The translations under genes and the position numbers were made by a program. The notes under the pieces were generated by a model, which was given only the letters and a program-made list of their open reading frames with translations, was not told where the DNA came from and ran no database searches. From positions 672,204 to 736,203 of the forward strand of contig NW_008246081.1 in NCBI RefSeq assembly GCF_000281045.1: 64,000 bases of DNA, given 5' to 3'. This DNA is from Saprolegnia diclina VS20 (Eukaryota). Shown here one piece after another: positions 36,067 to 47,600 of this stretch; position 1 is the stretch's first letter; each line of letters starts with the position of its first letter.

Positions 36067-37630
36067 ATGAACCAGCGCAGTGCGATGGCCGAAGAAAAGT
36101 ATGGCACCCGCCGAGGCTGGGGCGACGAGACGACGCCAACCACCAAGTCCAAATTTGACGCCATGATGGACGAGATTGGTGACGGTTCGGACAATGACGG
36201 CAACGAGGTAGCCCAAGCCAAGGGCTCGGCCCTCTATGTGCGCAAAGGCTGTCGCAAAAAAGCAGACAGTGACAACGACGACGACGACGACGATGACTCG
36301 GACGACGATACGATGGGTACGCGTGTCTTTTCTCATTTCGTTGGCCAGCGCAAATGCGATGTGTAGCCCGCGTTCGGCACGCCGCAGATGCCAAGGAACA
36401 GTACGCTCGAGACATACTCCTGATCGTACGGAGACATATTGGTGTGTAGATTTGGCCATGCGTCGCCGCCCTTGTCGGTGCCGGCGATCAGCATGGACCT
36501 CAACGCGCTGCGCCAGTTTGTGATGCGCGCACCGACCAAAGGCTCGGCCAGCGTTCAAGTACGTTCGTCCGAAACGTGTTTCAAGTGCTCGAAGCCGAGA
36601 ACGTGCGTAGTGCTACGTGGAGCGGGACAGGACCGGCACCAATCTGCTTCGGCCCGTGTACCGCTTGTTTCTCGAAGAGAGCAAGCAGTTTTTACTCGGC
36701 GCCCAAGTACGTCGGTCCAAAGTCGCAGTTGAGTGAGTCCTTTTGTGTTAGAAACGAGTCAAGAACACAACCTCCAACTACCTCCTCTCGATGGATCGGT
36801 CGCCCACCAACCGGCGCAGCGGGCTCATCGTCGGCAAGTTGCGCTCCAACTGGGTTTGGCGACCACAGGTGGTCGACGTGAGACCATTATCCTTTTGTTT
36901 GTAGAGCGGGTCGCAGTACATTGTGTTCAACCAAGGCATGAAGCCCGGTGCCACCGCGGTCGAGTCGAATGTGCGCACGGTGCTCGGCGTCTTGGATTTT
37001 CAGTACGACAAGATGGGTCCTGGGAAAATGGCGGTCGGTTCGTCGCCTTGTGTACATCTATCCACACGCAACTTTAGATTGCGATTCCAACTGTCAACGA
37101 CGCTGGCGTGCCCGTCGTCGTGCGGGACAAGTCGACCGACGAGAAAAAGGCGGGTCCGTTCCACAACACCGAGTTTTATCGCGATGGCAACCATATTCAG
37201 CTGCACAACAAGGTGCACCAATCTCAAAATTGGTGATCAGCCACTAGACAATGAGACTAGCGGCCCAAGTACGACGAGAAGGCGCGCGGGCACGTGCTCA
37301 ACTTTAACGGCCGCGTCACCATGTCGTCGGTCAAGAACTTTCAGCTCCAATGTGACGTATGGTCTTGATGTATTTTGTCAAAAGAAATTGATTTACACGG
37401 TGCAGGGCCATGGCGACGACGACGTGACGTTGCAGTTTGGCCGCGTCTCGTGCCAGCCCCCCGGCCCGAACGACCAATGTTCTTGTCACAAGAACATCTT
37501 CACGCTCGACTTCAAGCACCCTCTCTCGGCCGCTCAAGCTTTCGCGATTTGCCTCGCCGCCATGGACGGCAAGCTCGCCGACTCCAAGTCGTTCGAGACG
37601 CTCAGCGACCTCGCCAAGCGGACGCTATAG
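36067..37630 (+). CDS. Tubby-like protein (multi-exon)
   Basis: LHNK|RPKYDEKARGHVLNFNGRVTMSSVKNFQL...LQFGRV...FTLDFKHPLSAAQAFAICLA = tubby C-terminal domain. Confidence 0.9.
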
Positions 37631-37913
37631 AGATAGTCGTCCTACTCGTAGTATAGATGAAGAACACGACGGCGACGCGTATCTGTCTCGTGTATACCGT
37701 CGGCGACCGTTCTTGGGGAGTCGTCGACGACGAGTGAGACAGCGATAAAGGAATAGGTACAAAGGGGAAGTAACACGTCCATCAATAAACGGTCGGTCCC
37801 TGGGGCAACTCAAGAAACCTCACTTTGGTGATGTGCAGCACGCAGCCATTCGACGAGCCATTTTTGAGTTTCTCCGGCCTTCATTCTCTTGAAAGATGAA
37901 AGCTTTGTGCGTC

Positions 37914-39504
37914 TTAGTGCAAAATACGCTCGCCATAGTACCCGAGGACTTCGAGTGTTGGCAGCTGTGCCACGAGGGCCTGCACCGTTTCGGTGGCCAC
38001 GCCATCGACCCACGAGAGATCGAGATGCGTCAAGCGCGTAGCAATCTTGTCGATGCGCATCGCGTCGAGGAAGGCGCCATGCAGCGCTTTGCAGCCTTGG
38101 AGACTGAGGCGCTGCAAGGATATCGCATGAGAAAGCAACGTGCGCACGGTCCTGTCCGACGCGATCGACCACGACAAGTCGACAACTTCGAGCCGCGTGC
38201 AGTGCTTTGCTATGTGGCAGAGTCCGTCGTCTGTCACGTAGCGACACCGCGCGAGGTTGAGCTTGCGCAGGTCCGGACACGTCGTTGCTGCGTGTGGCGG
38301 AGTCTCTCACACATAGTATGAGGCGACTTACCCATGACGAAGAGGACGTCGTCGTTGAGGTCCAAGCAACGTAATTTGAGCACTTGTAGTCGAGAAAACG
38401 CCGGGAGACTCCGTGCAAGTGCTTTGGCCTCGAGCTGGAAGCACCACGATAGATCGAGGTGCTATTCACTTCGCCGTGAGAAGGCGTGGGCAGTGACGTA
38501 CTCGGTTCGCACCGTGAGATGGTCATGACGAGTGTGCGTCGTGGCGACGAGTTGCACCCACGCAGATCCACTCAGACTGCTCTCACCGAGACTCACGTGG
38601 CACAGCTGCGGCCACACCGCTAGTTCGTATCTACCTTGTTGAAGCACACTTATAAAGGCTGACGTACGTTCCAAGACCGCCATCAACGTGTCGTTGGGCA
38701 CGCAGCTCAGTCCTCGCACGTCGATATGCGTGAGATGATCAAGCCCTAGCGGCAAGCCGTCCACGCGGTCGCAAGCTACCAGTCAATGTCATGACCTCGA
38801 CTGCTGTCACGACGAGGTACCTTGGAGGTTGAGCTGCCGCAGTTGCTTGCACGCCGCCAGCTGCAAAACACCTACGCTACTAGTGTATGTCGTGCCCAAG
38901 AGACCTTAGGACGCACCGTGCGTCGTGACGGCGGAGCCGGGAATGAAGAGCACTTGAAGCGTCTCAGATACGTGGGCGACGATGTGCCTTATGGCGGCGT
39001 CGGTCACAAGAGAACACCAGCTCAAGCGCAGCTCGCACAACATTGGCGCCGACGCCACGACACTGCGCACGTGCTCGTCGTGGAGGGCGTTGACATAGGC
39101 AGCGTCCAAAAGACGAAGCTGCGGGAGTGCGTCGAGAATCACAAACAAGTCGGCGGCCGTCCACGGAAGGCTCGAGAGCGTCAGCGTCGCCACGCTGCAG
39201 CCGACGTTCGTGTCTCGCCACGCGTCGACAAACGCAGCGAGGTCGCCTTTGTAGCCAGTCACATGCACGTCTTCGAATTCATCGCTCAAGACGGCGGTTA
39301 GCACGGCGCGCGAACACGTGTCCTTGACCTTGAGGAAGCACCAGAGCCCATGGCGCAAGTGCACGGGTCTACTTAGCTTTCAAGGATACTGCGCCACGGG
39401 ATTGCGTACAAGGATGACGTGGCGGCTGCAAAGGTGTCGACGTCGGTCGTGCTGCTGGTCAACGCGTCGGCCAGTGCCAGAAGGCACGACGCTTGCAGCG
39501 ACAT
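37914..39504 (-). CDS. Cys-containing leucine-rich repeat protein (AMN1/FBXL-like)
   Basis: MSLQASCLLALA...SL|PVHLRHGLW; LRR units LCELRLSWCSLVTDAAI, LEVVDLSWSIASD, LQRLSLQGCKAL, LTHLDLSWVDGV. Confidence 0.8.
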
Positions 39505-39533
39505 TGCCGTTTCTATTTCGGAAGATCCATCCC

Positions 39534-40430
39534 ATGCCCAAGGTTCGGTTTGTTGAGGCGCCGCCGCCGTCCTTTGGGCTTGTAGGCGACGCGGCGCGGG
39601 CGCGGGTGCCAGAACCGACGCGTGCGCCGCCTCCTCCGCCCACACTCCTTGCCTCGACCCATGGCCAGCGCTTTGTGGCCATGGTCAGGGCCATGACAGA
39701 GCTCGCACACCTTAACTTGAGCGACAACGAAGCGACAGAGGCACCGCCGCCGGCATCGCTGCCGCCCGCCGAGGAGCCCGACGCAGCAGCGCCGCATGAG
39801 ACGATCCTGTATCCGCGCATCAAAATTCCTGGTCCCAAGCAGCTCAAGCGACGCAAGCGGCGGCGCCCCAAGCGCACGTGGTAGGCTGTGTGCGTACGCT
39901 TGCCGACAAGAACGACGCTATGGTATAGGGAGACGTCACACGCTACGTGGACGGGCACGCCCAGTGTCGATCCGTTCTTTGTTCTGCAATACGACTCGGC
40001 CATCGAGCGGGCTTCAAGCCTCGCCGAGCTCGACAAGCTCCGGCCCGTGTCACGCGCCAAGTTGCCAGCGCGGGCAATGGTCGCGTCCCATCACCGCGCC
40101 CACAGCAACCACTCGAGTAGTAGCAGCAGCACGAGCAGCGACGAGCCATCCGAGCCTGCTATCGCACCAAGTGCACCACGACCTACACCGCTGCCCAAGC
40201 CATTCGTCTCGCATCCACCCAAGGTCAAGGTGGTCGAGGCAACGACTGTGGTTGGAAACAACGCGGAAGACGACGTCGTGTCGCCACCATCCAAGTTGCT
40301 GCACGTGCCGACAGTGCTCACGCCCGAGATGGTCCAATGGCTGCGCAACTCGGGCATGTTTGTCACGAAGCCGCGCTCGCAAGTGGCCTGGACGCGCGAC
40401 GGCCAGCTCGCGCACGTTGGCCACTCGTAA
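39534..40430 (+). CDS. Hypothetical Pro/Ser-rich protein with basic NLS-like stretch
   Basis: ORF 39318-39884 joins 39888-40430 through a GT-AG intron ~39881-39928; KRRKRRRPKR; start uncertain. Confidence 0.5.
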
Positions 40431-41090
40431 CTGGAAGAATAGGCCAGGAGGCTATGTCAGTGACCATCGGACAGGTAGTCTAGTACCGTAATCTCGAGAT
40501 ATGGCGAGGGCACGGGGCGGCTGGACACTTGCACTCCGTTGGCTCCTTAGCTTCATTAGCCGAGCTATCTAGGGTTCATCGACAACCAAGTAGCAGACAA
40601 TGTGTACACAGTAAATGCAAGAAGACGCCGCAAAGACGGTGTGTGTGACCGAATCCATTTATGCGCATCAACTCTCGCCAGCAAACTCGCCAACCGAGCG
40701 GAAGGGCACCCTCGCGAAACTCGACTGCATGTTGGTTGCTTCGGACTCTGTTCATGGCGCGTATGCGATACGTAGACAAGCTACAGATAGCGTGACCTGC
40801 GCAGACCGATATGAAGGGCGACTCGAAGAGGTGGTTAGGGTTGACTTCGAACATACGGTAAGCCCATTGCATTTGTGTGTCGAACCGCCTCTCGATGTGC
40901 GTTGATCGAGGATGGTTGCCGGTCCTACTGGCTTCTGATGTTGAACGTGTGCTCCCTATTGCTCTGCTGCGCTCCTCGTTGATCAGAACCCGGGAACCCC
41001 ATTAAACCAAAGCACGGAGAGACTGACACGTTGGACGATTAATAGGAGCAAAACGAGGTGGAAGCGTCGTCGGCGTGTCGACGGACACGA

Positions 41091-44000
41091 CTAGGTGCGC
41101 CCCGACTTGTACGTGCCCATGGGCGGTTTGTAGCAATCGGGGAGCAGTTTGCGCTGGAGCTCGTTGAACGCAAACTTTTCCGACTGAATGTTCATAAAGA
41201 CATTGGTGCGCCGCACGCCGCAGAGCCGCATCGTCTCACACACGAGGCGGCCGTTGATCGCCTACACAGCATATTCCTCTTGCGGACCCTATTCCCCGAG
41301 AGTCGAAAGTCTATACCTTCCACTCGTTGGTCAGAATCCGAGCTTGCTCCAGCGTCACCGACATGGCGGTGCGGTCCTTCCCGCTCTTGCAGCACGTGGT
41401 GCGGCCGCCACCAATCGATCGGCAAAACTCGGACGTCGCGACAAGCAGCCCGACGTTCTTCTTGTGCGCCATCGGGTGGAGCACACTGGTCTCGATCGTG
41501 CGCCAGAGACTCTCGAGCGCCGCCACGTCGCCGCCGAGCCCCGCCGTCTTGAACGCCACGTAGTGCCGCTTGAGCCGGAGGTAGCTCTCGTGGTTGATCT
41601 CGTCTTGCGTCTGCGTCGTCGCACTCCGCATCGCATGCGCGAGCGACTGCATTTCGTTGATGCCTTGGGTGAAGAGGACAGCAATGACGCGGAAGGCTTG
41701 GCCCGCGAGCAGCCGCGGCGGCAGCGCCGACGACAAGTGCATCGGCAAGCGGAGACGGACGCCGACGTCGCCGTTGGCCGCCGTCTCAAACGCTACGGTT
41801 TGCACAGCCGGATCAAACACAAACGAGACGCGGTCCAGCCACATGCACGCAGCTTGAAAGTCCTCGAGCATCCCAGCTTCATTGCCATGCGTCGAGAGGA
41901 GCGACTCGAAATTCAGCAGGAGCCCGACGTCTTCGACCGTCAAGAGCGCACGACGGTGGTACGCCGACCCGTTGGCCGCAAGCTCCAAGAGCGCTTCAAC
42001 ATGGGCGACGACCGCCGAGAGGATCTGCGCGCATACGGCGTGCATGCGCATCTCGACGTCGACCCACGCCTTGCACGTGGTCGTGAGCGGGCAGTAGGCC
42101 TTCACCGAGGTCTCGGGCGGCGGGCACAAGGACGCCGGCATCGAGAGCAAGTCAAAGCTCGTGATCGGGACGTGGCTGCGCATCTTGCGCTTCTGCGTCG
42201 CGTTGGCGTCACGGAGGCCGTCGTGGAGCGCTCGAAGGAGCCGGGAGCCACCGCCGTTGGTGAAGCCGCGGCTGTGGGCAGCCGGCGCCCCCATGGTCAG
42301 CGTCGTGTAAACACCGACGCGCTCCAAGCCGTTGTGGACGTGCATGGCCTGGAGGTGCAGGTTCGTTGCGACCCACTGCCACTCGTGGTGCTTCTTGAGC
42401 GTGCTCTTGCGAAAGCCGTGGGTCTTGGCCGGTCCACGAAGAAACGTCAGCAGCTCGTCATAGTCGGAGGTCATTGACGCATAAGCGTCACGCAAGAGGG
42501 CCTTGTCACTTGGTAGCGTCGCAAGGCGCCGCGACAGCTCCCGCTGCAGGTATTGGATGAATGCGGTTGGGACGGCAAACGTCGCGTCCGGCACGCTTAG
42601 CGTCTCGTCGATCACGAGGCCAAATGCCGACGTGGCTGTCGGCACGACGTACTTTTGATGCGCGACGACGTGCGACGTCTGGGGCAGCCCGACCGTGACG
42701 CTCGGCTCTTGCGCGTACGCTGTCACATGCAGGTACATTTGCAGCTCGTCGTCCGCCGCGATCGAGCGCTGCACCGATCCGCGCAGCGACGAGAGACCCT
42801 ACTCATTTGAATCAGGGTTCAGCGATCGGCGCTGTTGTCTAGAGAACGTACTTGAGAAAGGAGGTTGCGACGGGACTGGCTCAGCGACGACCGCAGCGAC
42901 TTGGGTGAGACAAGGTCCAAGTCAATGCCGCCAGACGACACGAGGGCATACGGCAGCAGCAGCGCGAGCTCCGACTGCGCCATCGCGATTGGGGTCTTCC
43001 CGAACGAGACGTCGTCGGCCGCGCTCGTCGCTCGAAAGAGCGAGAAGCGCAACTCGGCCACCTTGTCGGTTTTGAGCTCAAAGAGCACTGCGAACGGGTG
43101 TCGGTAGCTCACGCGGTCAACCGCGTCGTCGTCCGAGCACCGGAAGACGTCGGTTTGCCCAATCGGTTTCCAGTCGCCCGCCACGAGCCCTTCGAGCAGC
43201 ACATAGAAGGCCGCGGTCTCGTTCTCTTCGTCGACGATGAGCTCGATCCGGAGGTCGTAGCGTCCGTCGAGCGCGTCGTTGCTGTTCATAGCGACGAGCA
43301 CCGCGTCGTCGTCGAGCGACGAGGGTGCGCGGTGCAGCGACGACGAGACGATCGACGACGCGGTCGGGCGGTTGGTGTCCGTCGGCGACGGCCGTACAAC
43401 GCACGACTGCGTCACATAGTTTTCACCAATCTCGCGCGACCGGACGAGCTCGACCGTCTCGCGAATCGACCGGATCCACTTGCGGTGCTCCTGCACGGTG
43501 CCCGCACCTAGGTACAGGACACGGCGGGGCGTGTGCACTTCAAAGTAGAACGGCGCCTTCTGGCACCCAATCGAGTTGTCAATGACGCGCGTGTTGGGGG
43601 TGATCGGTACTTGGCCCACGAGCTCGAGCGTTTGCTCCGAGTCGCAGTAGCACAAACTCGGGTGGTCAATGCGCAAGATAAAGTACCGCTAAGTGCACAA
43701 TCTGTCGCTATGGTCATCCGCAAGAGGCGTACCTGCTTCCAGTTCTTGCGCCATGACCCGCGCTTCGAGAGGTACCCGGCCATGTGGATGTCGTTCTCAG
43801 TGAACGTCGTTGGCTGCGCGACCGAGCTGCTCGCTTTTGAGAGCGACCGACGGCGGAAAAAGTTGGCCATCTTGGACGCCGGTCGCGTCTGGAAGCGCTG
43901 GTCGCGAAACTTGCCAAAGGCCGAGCAGTTGAGCGAGACCGTCTCGACGTCCTAGCACATCGCGTGGGCATCTAGCATGACATGGATGACCTGTACCGTA

Positions 44001-44230
44001 AAGGAAGACGTGCGCGTGGGGCGTGTCGACGACGTGGCGGCGACCGAGTAGATGCTCTTGAGCGACGGGCTGCCAAAGGTATCGGCCTCATCGTCAAAGT
44101 CGTCCGACTCGGGGCGATCTTGGTGCGACTCGATCTCGGTCTTGCTAAGTCGGCGCTTGGCCTCGTGCTGCGCCGCCGTGGGCGCGTCGGCCGAGCTGCT
44201 CGACGCCGCTCGGACGCGCGTCTCGACCAT
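41091..44230 (-). CDS. INPP4: Inositol polyphosphate 4-phosphatase with N-terminal PH and C2-like domains
   Basis: Catalytic CX5R CKSGKDRTAMSVTLEQ; WVATNLHLQ, TMGAPAAH, FESLLSTHGNEAGMLED, VLFTQGINEMQ, MRSHGVRLRRA.KN; PH: MAGYLSKRGSWRKNWK|RYFIL...EHRKWIRSI. Confidence 0.9.
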
Positions 44231-44693
44231 GATGGCGCAAGTGGCAGAGTGCAACAGCTGGCCGTGTCTGTCTCGCGCAAGTCCAAGGAATATCCGAGCG
44301 AGCACCAATGGCATCGCAGCATGGCACGCATTATCCGCCAATCATAATGCGATGTGTGCCGTACCTAACTGAACCTTCCCAATACCTACACCTTGTTGGC
44401 CTTTCTTGAGGTTGCCGTTTTTGTTGAAGTCTCCTAGTCGCTCCAGGCGCAGTGCACAGAAGCAAGAAGAACACGCCCATAGCTTCCTCCTCGGTACAAC
44501 CAGCCATGGCCGACGCCCCGTCGACGGGCGAGAGGCGGCGCGTGTCATTGACAATGTATGCATTGGGTGGCCATCATTCTCTGCGTGCGACAACGCGGGG
44601 CCGAGAAGGGTGAGTAATCCGCGGCCAAAGACGGCGCTGGAGCGTCGTCAGTGGCCGGCAACTCTGCGTAATGCCGAAGTAACAACGTTCGCA

Positions 44694-47600
44694 TCACTTA
44701 AAGAACGATTGCGGCAGCGCGAGCCACGCTGGGAGCTCGTCCGGGTTCTCTGCATCCTCGTCCTCATCCTCGTCCTCTTCGTCGTCCGAGGCGCCGACCC
44801 GCGCATGCTGGCGCGAGAGGCCGCCGTGCGCATGGGCGAGTGTATGGTGCAAGGACGCAGCGTCGAGCGACGCGAGGAAGCTCTCGCGGTGCGGCGCCGC
44901 AATCGCCTCCAAGACGTCGGCTTTGCCGTTGGCGTCGAGCACGTACAGCTCGAGGTGCGAGACGGCGACGACCGTGTGGAGGCAGGCGCCGGCCACACCT
45001 GCCCCGACGTGGCAGCCGACGGTGCCTCGCACAGACGGCGCTTCCGCTAGCTTGAGCTCACCGCTGTGCACGAAGGCGACTTCGTCGAGCGGGCCGCCAA
45101 GCCCATAGAGCGTCGCGGAGGCGCACACGACTTGAAAATGGAGGGCAAGCACGAGCTTGTGGCGCACGTAGACGTCGGACGCCTGGAGGAACGGCGACGT
45201 CTCGAGGAGCGCGCGCTGCACATGGTTCGCGAGCTCGATGCGTAGCGGGATGGGCAGCAAGGTCGCGACCGACTTTTCGACGAGGCTGCCGCTGCGGAGA
45301 CACCAGAGCTTGGTGTTGGCGACGATCGCGCGTGCTGTGGGCTTGGTGGTGTGCGCCGCGCGAAAGTAGCTGGCGAGGCCGCTGAGCTTGGCCTGCGTCG
45401 CGCCTTTTCCATACGTATCGGCAAATTGAAAATACGTGGCAAAGCACGACGTGAGCGCGGCAAAGAAGAAGGACCCAAAGAGCGCTTCAATGTCCTCGAA
45501 CAAGTACTCGAGGTGGCCGCCCGTAACCACGTCGCCGAGGCCAATCGTGCCCACAAACGAGATCACAAAGTAGTACGCCCCTAAGCAATAGTTTGATAAG
45601 CGCACTGTCGACAGAAAATGCGACAAAAAGCAGTAAAATCATAACAATTCCGGAAAATGAAGACGTACGCGCATAGCAGGCAACCATGCTCCGGCAAATG
45701 TCGTGTGTCTGGGACGTGGCGTTCCATTTCGAGAGCGCGCCGCCGCCCATGTACGGGTCCCGGACGGCCCATGTGAGCGGCGAGTGGACCTCGACGTAGC
45801 GATGGAGGAACATCCAGATGCACGCCCACCAGTGCACCATGACGACGTAGTAGAGGATGCAGTGCAGAATGTGGATCACGCTGCCGCTGAGCCGGCAAAA
45901 GTAGTATTGAAAGTTGCGCGAGAAGCGGCGCAGGTAGCGCGGAAAGCGCTTCGCCCGCAGCAAGAGCGGCATCATGAGAAACTTGAGGCTTGGGACACCA
46001 AGATGCAGCGCGAGCAGGTAGTATGGACCGATCGTGACAAAGTCCAGCGCAAGGTACGGTCGGTAATTCTCGCGGATCCGCATGCGGTTGAAGATCATTT
46101 TCGAGTGGTCCATGAAGACAAAGTGGTCAAAGCTCAAGTACGTATCGAGTGCATATAGCAAGATCGCAAGCACGTCACCGAGGTACCAGGCCGTGAGCTC
46201 ATACAACCCGGTGAAGCGCGTCTCGACGAGGTAGCTCGCACGCAGCGGCAGCATCACGAGCACGTACAGCGTTGTCCAAAACAAGAGCGCATCCCAGAAC
46301 CGGCGAAAATGCGAGTCGGGCACGCGCCAACTCTGCGGCGCGGTCGGAAGCGTCGGCTCGTCCGGGTCGTCGTCCGGAACGTGGTTGGAGAGCGCGTCGG
46401 TGGCGTCGACCGCCACGTCGACCTCGGTCGCGAGCGCCGACTCCAAAAACCCGCGCAGATAAGGAAACAAAGCATCGAGCGACTCAAGACCTGCTTGCCG
46501 AAGGACGTACACTTCGGTAAACGTGCACGCGCAGATCGAGTGCTCTTGCGGCTCGTCAAAGAGGAGGCTCCGCGCGCCAAACGCGCTCAGCCGCTTGCTC
46601 TCGCTCGACGGAATCGTCGGGTCGAGGTACTGGCAGCTACCGGGCTTGACGAAGAACATGGCGCCTGTATGGCGGCCGGCGGTCGCGACGACGTCACTCG
46701 GTGCATAGTACTTGTGGCGCATGGCGGCAGCCACCGCGCTGCGCGCATCGTCCGGCACCGACGCAAAGAGCGGCGAGAGCGAGAGCCGGTCGCGCTTGCA
46801 GTGGGCGAGGATGTCGTCTTGGAGCTGCTGCGGCAACATGGTGACAACCTCTTCTTCTTGAAAGAGGATTTTGTTGCGCTTCCGATAAAGGTACTCCATG
46901 AAGCCAAGTGCTCGGTCCTTGAGCTCTCGTGGCGTCTCATGGAACTCCATGTACTTGCTGAGCGCGTCTGTGCTTTGGCGGATCGACGCCGAGAGCGAGT
47001 CCACCTTGAGCGCGATTTCACCAATGACGCCAATCTTGCCGGCGCTAAAGAAGATGCCGGCGAAGATCGCAATGATGCAAAAGAACGTCTCGACCATGTT
47101 GACGGGCACAATGATGCCGCTCGAGACGACGAGGAGCATCTGGATGCCAAAGTTGAAGCAGCGCGAGTAGCGCTCCCAGATCGTGCCGCCGTCGGGCGGG
47201 AGGTACCCGCCTTTCATTTGGTACTCGATCCACGTGCCGTCAAAGAGGCAACGGGCCCGCAGCGTGACGTTGCCAGGATTCAAGCCGTCGTTGACGTGGG
47301 TGTTGTCAAGCAAGTTGCAATTTTCGGACCACGGCAGAATGCCCTTGTCGGCAAACGCCAGGTAGTGCCACGCACACGCCAGCAAGTGCGAGAAGAAGAG
47401 AATGAAGAGAAAGTACCGGCACGCGACCACGAGGTCGTTGAGCTGCGGACGGGCGCGGACGGCCGTATTGGCGAGCTCCCGAATGCGGACGACAAAGTAC
47501 CGGAGCCGAACGACCTTGGGAAGCCGGCAAATCGTGAGAATCGCGACAACGAGGTCCGGGCGGTTGGCGAGGAGCCCGAGAAAGCAGAGCTCCATGGGCA

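Noticed and set aside
41188..42477. 429-aa plus-strand ORF
   Set aside because: Antisense shadow of the INPP4 gene
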